Origin: a virus
Length of the DNA: 64,000 nt
Virus record (IMG/VR): IMGVR_UViG_3300043410_001242
Direction: 5' to 3' (one strand)
The translations under genes were made by a program, and so were the position numbers. The notes under the pieces are model-generated. The model was not told the origin of the DNA. It ran no database searches and saw only the letters and a program-made list of their open reading frames with translations. Below, in pieces: positions 42,426-51,731 of this stretch; position 1 is the first letter of the stretch; the number at the start of each line of letters is the position of its first letter.

Positions 42426-42569
42426 AAGTCTTTGTAGTGGTATGGGGTATATCTGGTCTGATTCGTGTGATGGGTGTATATACCAAATATGAATCAGCAG
42501 AATCCAAACTATTGGAAATGAAGAATAACCAAATACAGGGTTTCTACCGTATAGTGGAATCGGAAGTAT

Positions 42570-42842
42570 ATGATTAGATATAATACAAACTGGATGGGTC
42601 CAATTAATACTGAATGGATTAAAAAGAATGGTGATGATTGGTCTGGTGGTCGTATTGATGTATGGGGTACTGATGAACCATATGGAGTGGAAATCGGTAT
42701 TCCTATTATGAAATCAGAAGATTGGCATAGATTTGGAAATTGGTTATGGAATTTTGAAACTGATACCGTTTGGACTCTGGATGAATTAGTCAAAGAATAT
42801 GAAAAGAATCACTATAATATAACATGGTGGAAGAATGAATAA
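42570..42842 (+). CDS. Trp-rich hypothetical protein
   Basis: ORF in module. Confidence 0.55.
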   Translation: MIRYNTNWMGPINTEWIKKNGDDWSGGRIDVWGTDEPYGVEIGIPIMKSEDWHRFGNWLWNFETDTVWTLDELVKEYEKNHYNITWWKNE

Positions 42843-43125
42843 AGAAGATTTTGAATTACTGGGGTTTATAACAGAAATCCTTCCTTCTGGTTATATTAAT
42901 ATCAGCAATAAACAACCTTTCCGTTATAATGGTTCGACCACCATTATCTGTTATAAGGGTGGTCACTATATTAGGACCACCAACCACAAAACCTTGGACT
43001 CACTGTTTTCTGGTTTGTTCGAACTCAACACCATCGAACCATCCTCCGTAAATCCTGCCAAGCCGGTCAAGAAAAAGACCAAGGCCACCACTCCGGTGCA
43101 GGAGGACGCCTTTGAACCCCTTACA

Positions 43126-43269
43126 AATCAAGACCTTACGGCATTCTTGGTGTCCTCATCCGAGGCACCAGTCAAACCCAAACGCCGGCGCAAAGCCTGA
43201 TTGTTCACTTCCACGAAGCAGATTGTTTCATCTCCGCTGGCTTGCAATCCTGGCCACTTGTGATAGAAT
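43126..43269 (+). promoter_or_regulatory. cassette promoter copy 12 with IHF site
   Basis: AATCAAGACCTTA; boxes 43202/43224; gap 12; TTGCAA-16-TAGAAT. Confidence 0.75.
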
Positions 43270-43506
43270 GTGTCCATAGTTTGAGAGATTGATACATTTT
43301 TTGGAGTTTATATGGAAAAGTTTGTTTTTGTTGTTTCTAAGTTTGACCGTCTGGATATGCGGATGGGTGTGGTCAGCGACCACTTCAATACTAAAGAAGA
43401 AGCTGAGAAATACTGGTGGGAAACTGTCCAGAAGAATCTGGATTTAGTTCAGAAAGGTTATAATTATTATGTCGAATCCCTTCGGGTTGCTTAATTAGGA
43501 GTTATT

Positions 43507-43716
43507 ATGTGGAATCTTGAAGGTTTGTATATTTCTGGTAAATACTACGATAAACCCTTTACTGGTAAAGTGACTTCCTCTCGCGTTAAACTGGGTGGTA
43601 CTGTCGTGCATTATGTTACTTTCCCCGAACCACAACCCATTGGTTTTCGTGGTGAAATGCGTGATGGTATCATGGTAGAACACGCATGGGTTGAAAAAGT
43701 AATGAGTAACATTTAA
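43507..43716 (+). CDS. hypothetical protein, paralog of 26170..26385
   Basis: AGGAG RBS; shared motifs. Confidence 0.7.
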   Translation: MWNLEGLYISGKYYDKPFTGKVTSSRVKLGGTVVHYVTFPEPQPIGFRGEMRDGIMVEHAWVEKVMSNI

Positions 43717-43930
43717 TTAGGAGATATATTATGTCTAAGTTTGATATTAATGGTTTGGCTGAGGCCCTTGCAGAAAAGTCTGTTGATGAAATGGATGTTG
43801 GTACACTAATGCAAATTGTATATGAAATGCAATTGGATGTATTTAATGATATGTCTGAAGCTGAACTATTGAATGAAGCCGATTGGGTCGGTATTGATAT
43901 TAACCAGTTTCAAATTGAAGGAGAATAATT

Positions 43931-44425
43931 ATGGGTCTTGATATGTATTTTAATGCAAAGCGTTATATTTCTGAATGGAATGACGCAGATAAGGAATTGC
44001 AGACTAAGGTAAAGGATGTTGTTGCACCTTTTATTGATGATTGGAAAGTGCAAGAGGTTACTTATAAGGTAGGATATTGGCGCAAGGCCAATGCAATCCA
44101 TAACTGGTTTGTGCAGAATGTCCAAGATGGTGAAGATGATTGTAAGGAGTATTACGTTTCCGGTGAATCTATTCGTGATCTATATGATACCGTTGTTGAA
44201 TGTCTTGATGGTGGTGTAGAGGTGGCGAAAGAGAAACTTGCTCCCCAAGAAGGTTTCTTCTTTGGTTCTACCATTATTGATGATTATTATTGGCAAGATT
44301 TGGAAGATACCAAGAGGATGCTTCAACCCATTATTGATGCTTATAATGAAGCAAAGGAATTGGGTAATGAATCATATAAACACCCGATTTATCAGTATGA
44401 GTTCTATTATCAGAGTTCTTGGTGA
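43931..44425 (+). CDS. conserved phage hypothetical protein
   Basis: MGLDMY...YWRKANAIHNWF...GFFFGS...YQSSW. Confidence 0.75.
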   Translation: MGLDMYFNAKRYISEWNDADKELQTKVKDVVAPFIDDWKVQEVTYKVGYWRKANAIHNWFVQNVQDGEDDCKEYYVSGESIRDLYDTVVECLDGGVEVAKEKLAPQEGFFFGSTIIDDYYWQDLEDTKRMLQPIIDAYNEAKELGNESYKHPIYQYEFYYQSSW

Positions 44426-44672
44426 GTTATGAGTGGTTCTAAATCTTTTATTTCGAGTCTTGCAGGTAATTGGGCTTCAGAACAACCATATGGTCTATAT
44501 GAAAAATGGTTTGAATTGGAGAGGTGGGATTTATGGGCATTTGGTCCATTTAAATGGTATGCAAGAAACCATTATCGCAAGATGAAACAAAGGGCTTTGG
44601 CCAGTAGGTGTCGTGCGGTAATTATTCGGGATCGTGCAGAAAGAACTATTTTTGAAGGTGAAGAGGATTAAT

Positions 44673-45167
44673 ATGTTTGTTCGTAATGTAATTGGTGGTC
44701 TGGTAATGTCTCTGGTATCTGGTGTGGTAATGGCTGACAAGGCACCAGAGGTAAACAAGTATAAGTCGCTCGAGTTATACAATGCACATAAGGGTATTGT
44801 ATTCAATCAGGTAGAAGAATTCAAGTGTCTTGCAGAAAATATCTATTATGAATCAAGAGGTGAACCTTATATTGGCAAGATTGCAGTAGCTCAGATTACA
44901 TTCAATCGTGCAGAAAAGGTTGGTTCTTTCTGTGAAGTGGTACACAAACCGAAGCAGTTCTCTTGGACTCTTAATAAGGATATCAAGAAACCTCACGGTA
45001 AAGAGTGGGAGGCCTCTGTCCATGCTGCCAGTATGTTCGCTCATGGTGTTCGTGTGAGAAACCTGGAAAAAGTGGAACACTACCACACGGGTTATGTGAA
45101 TCCAGTCTGGGATAATAACATGGTCAAGGTAGCAACCATTGGTGGCCATGATTTTTATGGAGAATAG
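44673..45167 (+). CDS. SleB-like cell wall hydrolase
   Basis: Signal peptide; CLAENIYYESRGE, AVAQ..NR, QFSW, IGGHDFY. Confidence 0.85.
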   Translation: MFVRNVIGGLVMSLVSGVVMADKAPEVNKYKSLELYNAHKGIVFNQVEEFKCLAENIYYESRGEPYIGKIAVAQITFNRAEKVGSFCEVVHKPKQFSWTLNKDIKKPHGKEWEASVHAASMFAHGVRVRNLEKVEHYHTGYVNPVWDNNMVKVATIGGHDFYGE

Positions 45168-47558
45168 TAATGAAAGTCAAAGAATTGATTGAAAACCTTT
45201 CTGAATTGGATCAAGAATCTTACCTTTTTGTTCATGGTTATGAAGGTGGATATAATGATGTTGGTTTTTGTAGTGATGAAATCCAAATGGTAAGGGATGT
45301 TAATGATGCATGGTATTATGGTAAACATGAACTTTTGGAAGACAAATGGCAAATTAGACATATTAATCTTGATACCAAAGTAGTTGATAAAGGTTACATT
45401 ATTGGAGCAGATTAGTGGAACCCAGTAAAGAATGGATAGAGGATTGTATGCATTTTCATGGAAAGGTATTAACAGGGAAGTATTCCCATTGGTGTCCTGA
45501 TTGGGATTATTTGCCAATAGACGAAACCTGTGAACCGGAGTTTGGATGTTGTCTTTGTGGATATAGGAGAATTACAGATAATGATTGTAACACGAAATAA
45601 TATTAAAGAATGTCATGTCAATACTCTTGATGCAGTATATCAGTCCGACTATTATATCAGTCTATTACCCGATTGGGAACCAGAAACTACACAAGAGATT
45701 ATAACCTATTGGAATAAATTCTGGATGAATCTGCCTGATAATAAGAGTATTCACCGCGATCCTTTCTATCAGGTTTGTGATATTGCAGAATGTGTATTTG
45801 ATGAACAATTTTATGAGGATGAATAATGGAAATTCTTGATTGTATGTGGTTTTCTGGTAGAACTAGTGTTGGTATTGTAAAAGTTAAGGATGAATATGAA
45901 GGAGTGAAATACTATATTGGTTCTGCAATGGGTATTAAAGAAAAAGATGATATGCAACATATTGCAGATTGGGGTGCGACATTCCCTAAATCTGCCGGTG
46001 ATGTTTTGTTTGGAGTAAATTAATGAATAGTAATACTAAAATGACTTTGGTTATCTTCTTGTCTTTGGTTTTTGTTGTATTTGGACCAATTTTAGTTATT
46101 TGGTCTCTGAATACTCTATTCAAACTGAATATTGAATATAATTTTAATACATGGGCAGCTACTGCATTTCTAAGTAGTGTTATTGCTGGTGCACCTAGGA
46201 AATCTTAATAAGGAGATAATTATGACATATCGTGATCTTTTGGACAATCTTCAGCTCATGTCTGAACTGGAACCATCTATGCTTAATCGTACTGTAATGG
46301 CTTCTTATGAAGATGCTGAATTCTTCTCTGTGGACAATATCATGGTAGAACCTCTTGGTAATGATTTCCATGATAATAAGCAACCACTATTGGTTCTTGG
46401 TAATTAATTCATCATTAACGGAGGACATACCTATGGTAACTAAAAATGAAACTTTTGTCAATACTCTGAGTCAAATTAATTTGCTGGTTTTTTATATTGT
46501 GGGTCTAATGTCATTGTCCAGTTTTGTTCTGGGACATTATGAAAAGTTCGGGTTTCAATTAATCATTGCACTTTTGAATCTGTATACCTATTTTGATTTA
46601 ACGGAGGATAAAGAATGAATGTATGGATGTTGGTCATTCTGTTCAATTCAACGACAGATTCCAAAATGGCAATTTATACAACCGAACAGGAGTGCAGAAA
46701 AGTTTTGCCTATTGTGAAAGAAATGAACAAAGATGATACTGATATTAGTTTAATTGATTGTATGAAAGGAAGAATTGTAAAGGAGAAAAAGTAATGTTAT
46801 TTGACTTTCTGTTTAAGAACAGAAGTGGAGACACTTCTATTAATGAACGTATTGATAATCAGGAGTTTACTGATAGTGAAATTGAGAATCTAGTAAAGGA
46901 TGAATTGAAAGTCCTCACCCTTGGTGAATTGGTTGACTATTATTTTGAAACCAGGTGTAGAGAACTTGATAAGATTAAACCTAAGACACGAAAGAAAAAG
47001 GTTGCCAAGTGAGTGGTACTGTGTTAGGATTACGTTTCTTGACCAGTAGTGATACTAGGGGACGACCTATTACAGTCCTACAATACAAGAATGATCTTGG
47101 TGAGTGGGTGGACGTTCCCTATGCATATACTGAAGAGGTTATGAATGACCACCACACCGACTGGTCAAAACATTTTTCAAACAACCAGTAATTATTATGA
47201 TTTATCTTCTTGAAACCACAAACTGGACAGACAATACTCCCAATCACATATATATTTTCGATAATAAAAAATCATCTAAATGCATTGGTTATATCAAAGA
47301 CGGAACTCTTGATATTGAATTTTTCAAAAAACCTATGCCTTTTGATAAGAAGAAAAGAACATTTAAAGAAATAAAGGTGTAGTATGTTTATAGCCGTCAA
47401 ACTTATAATCTATATTATTGCGGCCCATACATTGTATACTCATGGAATTGACCCAACAAAGAAACTTATGGATTTTATAGTTTTGATGAGCTGCGTTTTG
47501 TTTATGGACGTTATTTCTTATTTTTCTGCTAAATATACTTTTGAAAAGGAACAAATGA

Positions 47559-47996
47559 ATGACAGAAAAGACTGAAATAGATGATGATTGTGGTTGTAAT
47601 TCACAATCATCACAAGAACATAACGAAAGAGAATTTGAAAAGATTAAGGATTCAATGGAATCCACTAGAGAGAATCTAAATTCAATGTTCGACAAAATAA
47701 AAGATATGAATTTGGATTTTTCAAGATTCTCCAACCTTGAAAAGGATGTCAGAGAAATGACCCAGTATATGCGATCTGGTGACTTTCTAAAATCTATGGA
47801 AGGAGTATTGGAAAAAGCAAATGTTGACACATCAGTTCTATCAAAGATGAATACTATAAACCCACAGGTTTATAGTCCATTTAAACAAAAAGAAAAACAA
47901 CCCATCGGATACGTTTGGATTGATGAGAGTGGAGAACAGAAGTTTTCTCCTGAAAAACCAGACGATATTGTATCAATGCCAGTATATGGTGAATAA
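47559..47996 (+). CDS. hypothetical protein
   Basis: 145-aa ORF. Confidence 0.55.
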   Translation: MTEKTEIDDDCGCNSQSSQEHNEREFEKIKDSMESTRENLNSMFDKIKDMNLDFSRFSNLEKDVREMTQYMRSGDFLKSMEGVLEKANVDTSVLSKMNTINPQVYSPFKQKEKQPIGYVWIDESGEQKFSPEKPDDIVSMPVYGE

Positions 47997-48295
47997 TGAA
48001 TATTCTAGAATTTATTAGACAAGGCGGAAAATGTAAATCCGCAGCAGGACATTGGTTTCATCTGACAGATATTGTTGAGGGTGAACAATACCCTATTAAA
48101 GGTACACTCATTCACAATAATGAACCATTCAAATATGAATGGGCAGAAGATGGAACTCCAAGCAATTTGCCATATACCCATTGCCTGGATTTGGTGCCTG
48201 TTATTGAAGTTATCAAATACAAAATGGTCGATAAAAAAGAATTGGCCAAATATGATAATATCGAGGACTTTAAAAGTGCTTGCAAAACTGATTGA
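47996..48295 (+). CDS. hypothetical protein
   Basis: TAATG coupling. Confidence 0.55.
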   Translation: MNILEFIRQGGKCKSAAGHWFHLTDIVEGEQYPIKGTLIHNNEPFKYEWAEDGTPSNLPYTHCLDLVPVIEVIKYKMVDKKELAKYDNIEDFKSACKTD

Positions 48296-48441
48296 TGAAG
48301 TTCTGGCCAGGATCGTCCTGGTCGCTCTTGGTGTTCTTGTCATTGTCCTTGCGTTGGTGTCTCCTACCCGTTGCCTGTTCGCTCTCCGATACGCCTTCCT
48401 TCAAGACTCAGCCTTGAGTCGAATCTGTAACGACTGCTGAT

Positions 48442-48509
48442 TGTTTCTTCCTAGTCAGCAGACTGTTTCACGGCCAGCGGCTTGCAATACTGGCCCTCTC
48501 CTGTATAAT
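48442..48509 (+). promoter_or_regulatory. cassette promoter copy 13
   Basis: Boxes 48442/48464, gap 12, TTGCAA-16-TATAAT. Confidence 0.8.
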
Positions 48510-48567
48510 GACTCCATAAATTGAGTGAACGAACTATTTTTTGTTATTTTTATTTGGAGATTATATT

Positions 48568-49380
48568 ATGCCTCGTGGTATTCCTAAGTCTGGTTTTCGT
48601 ATGACCAAGAATCGTGCTGCTTCTATTGTTGCAGAAGTACCAGTATCCCGTTTTTCAATCAACCAGCGTTTCGGTTTCGTATCTGACATGGTGTCCATGC
48701 TCGCTAACGGTGAGCAGGCCTCTGTTGTTGTTACTGGTCCTGGCGGTCTTGGTAAGTCACACACCGTATACCAGTCTCTTGTCAAGTCTGGTTTCAAAGA
48801 TGTTACCACCCTTGACGGTTTCGATGCTGGCACCGTTCTTGGTAAGAAAACCTTTGTTGTAGTCAAGGGTTACTCTACTGCTAAGGGTTTGTATCGTACT
48901 TTGTTCGAGAACCGTAACGGGGTTATCGTATTCGATGACTGTGATTCGGTACTCAAGGATCCAGTATCTCTTAACATTCTCAAGGGTGCTCTTGATTCTT
49001 ATTCAAAGCGTATTATCTCTTACAAGGCTGATATTCGTGATGATGACCTGCCTAATGTATTCGAGTTCAAAGGTCGCGTAGTATTCATCTCAAATCTTGG
49101 TTCTAATCAGCTGGATCAGGCCATTATCTCACGTTCAATGGCTGTTGATTTGACTATGACTCCCGATCAGAAAGTTGATCGTATGCGTTACCTTATCGAA
49201 CAGTCTGACTTTATGCCAGAGTTTAATAAGTCTCTCAAGGTAGATGCTCTTGATCTTATTTCTTCTCTTGCTGGTACCGTCAAAGACTTGTCGCTTCGCA
49301 CTCTTATTCAGGTAACTAAGATTCGCAAGTCAGCAGGTGCCAATTGGCGTGATCTTGCAGAGTATGCAATCTGTGGTTAA
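48568..49380 (+). CDS. AAA+/P-loop ATPase
   Basis: Walker A GPGGLGKS, Walker B IVFDDCD, FISN, AIISRS. Confidence 0.8.
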   Translation: MPRGIPKSGFRMTKNRAASIVAEVPVSRFSINQRFGFVSDMVSMLANGEQASVVVTGPGGLGKSHTVYQSLVKSGFKDVTTLDGFDAGTVLGKKTFVVVKGYSTAKGLYRTLFENRNGVIVFDDCDSVLKDPVSLNILKGALDSYSKRIISYKADIRDDDLPNVFEFKGRVVFISNLGSNQLDQAIISRSMAVDLTMTPDQKVDRMRYLIEQSDFMPEFNKSLKVDALDLISSLAGTVKDLSLRTLIQVTKIRKSAGANWRDLAEYAICG

Positions 49381-49381
49381 C

Positions 49382-49410
49382 TTGACAAAGTTATAAAAAT
49401 GTATTATAAT
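49382..49410 (+). promoter_or_regulatory. sigma70-type promoter
   Basis: TTGACA-17-TATAAT. Confidence 0.8.
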
Positions 49411-49440
49411 GTATTCTCAAATCGAAAATTGGTGATGTAG

Positions 49441-50589
49441 ATGACTAAAAATCAAAGTGAATTTCTTGATGCTGTTAAACAGGTTCTTGGTGATAAAATG
49501 GTTCTGACCCGATCTGAAATTGATCAGGTCGTGTCAGAGAAAGGTGTTAAGTTTCCATATTGGTTAACCACCAAGTCGAAGTTTCGTATTGGTCGAGGTG
49601 AGTATTCTCTACCTGGTAATGAAACAACCAAGGTAGCAGTAAAAATGGAAATGCCTGAACCTGTCGAGGCAATGGCTCAGGTGTCGTATCTACGTCAACC
49701 TAAACTGGTCGATGAGTCTGATACTGCCATTCCAGAAATTTGGCCTGATTATGTACCATTTGGTTTTTATAAAGATTTACTTAATATTGTAAAATCTAAG
49801 ATGTTTTATCCAGTATTTGTTACTGGTCTGTCAGGTAATGGTAAAACTCTGATGATCGAACAAGTGTGCGCTAAACTGAAAAGGGAGTGTATCCGTGTTA
49901 ATGTATCTATCGAAACTGATGAATCTGACCTATTGGGTGGTCCTACTCTCGTTAATGGTAATGTTGTTAATCGAGATGGGCCGGTTCTTATAGCAATGAA
50001 ACGTGGTGCGGTACTTTTGATTGATGAGGTGGATCGTGGATCGAATAAGCTTATGTGCTTGCAAGGTATTCTTGAAGGAAAGCCATATTATAACAAGAAA
50101 ACCGGCGAGGTCGTATACCCAACCGACGGTTTCAATGTCATTGCGACCGCAAACACCAAAGGTCGTGGTTCAGAAGAAGGTCGGTATCTTTCACAAGTTC
50201 TTGATGATGCCTTCCTGGAACGGTTTCCTATCACGGTAGAACAGGAATACCCGGATGTCAAGACTGAGAGAAAAATTCTCGCACCGTTGATCTCCGACCA
50301 GGAATTCATCGACAATCTGGTCAAGTGGGCGGATGTGGTGCGCCAATCATTCGACCAAGGTGCCATTGATGAGATTATTTCTACTCGCCGACTGGTGCAT
50401 ATCGCGAAAGCATTCCAAATCTTCGGTGATCGTAAAAAGGCAATTGAACTTTGTGTAAATCGTTTTGATACTGACACTAAGAATGCTTTTGTTGATCTAT
50501 ATACTAAAGTCGATGAAAAGGTTGAAGAAGACCAGACCAAGGTTTGGGTGAATGAAACATTAACTATAAATGAAGAAGTGCCGTTTTAA
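49441..50589 (+). CDS. CobS/MoxR-like AAA+ ATPase
   Basis: GLSGNGKT, LLIDEVD, ATANTKG, AFLERF, ISTRRL. Confidence 0.88.
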   Translation: MTKNQSEFLDAVKQVLGDKMVLTRSEIDQVVSEKGVKFPYWLTTKSKFRIGRGEYSLPGNETTKVAVKMEMPEPVEAMAQVSYLRQPKLVDESDTAIPEIWPDYVPFGFYKDLLNIVKSKMFYPVFVTGLSGNGKTLMIEQVCAKLKRECIRVNVSIETDESDLLGGPTLVNGNVVNRDGPVLIAMKRGAVLLIDEVDRGSNKLMCLQGILEGKPYYNKKTGEVVYPTDGFNVIATANTKGRGSEEGRYLSQVLDDAFLERFPITVEQEYPDVKTERKILAPLISDQEFIDNLVKWADVVRQSFDQGAIDEIISTRRLVHIAKAFQIFGDRKKAIELCVNRFDTDTKNAFVDLYTKVDEKVEEDQTKVWVNETLTINEEVPF

Positions 50590-50600
50590 AGGAGAATTGG

Positions 50601-51353
50601 ATGTTTTTCTTTTTTAAGAAAAAGCCAGTATATCTGGATTGTTTTACTACACACACAGGAGCCTTTCACGCTCCTGTGGATTATTCATATAGGTTTTATC
50701 CTGATTGGTGGAAACTACTGGAAAAAACTGTTACAGATGAGGAATATGGAGATTTAGGTGTAGAAAATCCCACAATGAAGAATTGTGTGGGTTTTATAGA
50801 TTTTTTCAAAAATTCTATAACTGTACCGATGTGGAGTGACTTCTCATTACGTTTAGGAACAAAATACAGGCCTGGATATAACTGGAAATTTGCAGATGAC
50901 TTTTCACGAATAGAAGTGCATAAACCTATGCAATGGGGTTCATTTTTTCCAGAAAACAAATATCTTCATGGAAAATTTGTTAGTCCATGGAAATTCAAAT
51001 GTAAAGAAAACATATACTTTCAAAAATGTGGACCTTTTTATAACATTCTCAATCCACACCTTATTATGTTTCCCCCAGGTTTACTTGAGTTCAAGTATCA
51101 AGCCGCAGTTAATGTTAATTTTCTTTTAGTGCCACAAAACGAAGAATGTAATATGTTTATGAAGTATTATGATCCTTTGGTGCATTTTACTCCTCTTACA
51201 GAAAGGCCAGTTAAACTGAAAATACATCTTGTTTCACATGAAGAATACGAGAAGATTGGACTAACATTTGTTTCGTTTAATAGAAATTATTATAAAATGA
51301 AAAGGGCATCAAAGAATAGTAGTGTTTGCCCGTTTACACACCCTAATAGGTAA
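50601..51353 (+). CDS. hypothetical protein
   Basis: AGGAG RBS; 250 aa aromatic-rich. Confidence 0.6.
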   Translation: MFFFFKKKPVYLDCFTTHTGAFHAPVDYSYRFYPDWWKLLEKTVTDEEYGDLGVENPTMKNCVGFIDFFKNSITVPMWSDFSLRLGTKYRPGYNWKFADDFSRIEVHKPMQWGSFFPENKYLHGKFVSPWKFKCKENIYFQKCGPFYNILNPHLIMFPPGLLEFKYQAAVNVNFLLVPQNEECNMFMKYYDPLVHFTPLTERPVKLKIHLVSHEEYEKIGLTFVSFNRNYYKMKRASKNSSVCPFTHPNR

Positions 51354-51357
51354 TATT

Positions 51358-51600
51358 ATGACAGAAGATGAAAAGTTGAATTTTAAGGAATTACTCAAGA
51401 GTAATGTTGTAGAAGTTGAATTCACCAAGTTAAATGGTGAACAAAGAGTAATGAATTGCACTTTGATGGAATCATATCTACCACAGACGGATTCAACAAA
51501 AAGCAAGAACCAAGACAATTCTTTGGCCGTTTGGGACATTGATAAGAATGGTTGGAGGAGTTTTAGATATGAAAACATTACGTCCTTTGGTCTAAAATAA
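51358..51600 (+). CDS. SH3/WYL-like small phage protein
   Basis: VEFTKLNGEQRVMNCTL...VWDIDKNGWRSFR. Confidence 0.7.
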   Translation: MTEDEKLNFKELLKSNVVEVEFTKLNGEQRVMNCTLMESYLPQTDSTKSKNQDNSLAVWDIDKNGWRSFRYENITSFGLK

Positions 51601-51603
51601 ATC

Positions 51604-51644
51604 TTGACAAAATTACTCAAGAATAGTATAATCCAGTATAAATA
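51604..51644 (+). promoter_or_regulatory. tandem sigma70 and T4-late promoters of pmoC
   Basis: TTGACA-17-TATAAT (51604-51632) then TATAAATA (51637-51644). Confidence 0.8.
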
Positions 51645-51662
51645 GTTTTGATGATGTGGAGA

Positions 51663-51698
51663 GTGTGACAGGATGTCGCACCTAACTCACAAGGACGT
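51663..51698 (+). promoter_or_regulatory. CsrA/RsmA-type GGA motifs in pmoC leader
   Basis: Hairpin GTGTGAC-AGGAT-GTCGCAC and second site ACAAGGACGT. Confidence 0.5.
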
Positions 51699-51731
51699 AT
51701 TTTGTAACTTTAAGATGTAAAGAGGTATAAT

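Larger units (their letters stand above)
17806..48509 (+). other. early/hypervariable region of many small + strand ORFs in promoter-delimited modules
   Basis: Dense 50-140 aa ORFs with GGAG(A) RBS and TAATG coupling; internal duplications; 13 related promoter cassettes. Confidence 0.85.

Noticed and set aside
17806-48509. Repeats as a CRISPR array or integron attC array
   Set aside because: Copies are degenerate, kilobases apart and contain -35/-10 elements; no regular spacers, cas operon or integrase. The Cas4-like gene is the usual T4-like exonuclease.
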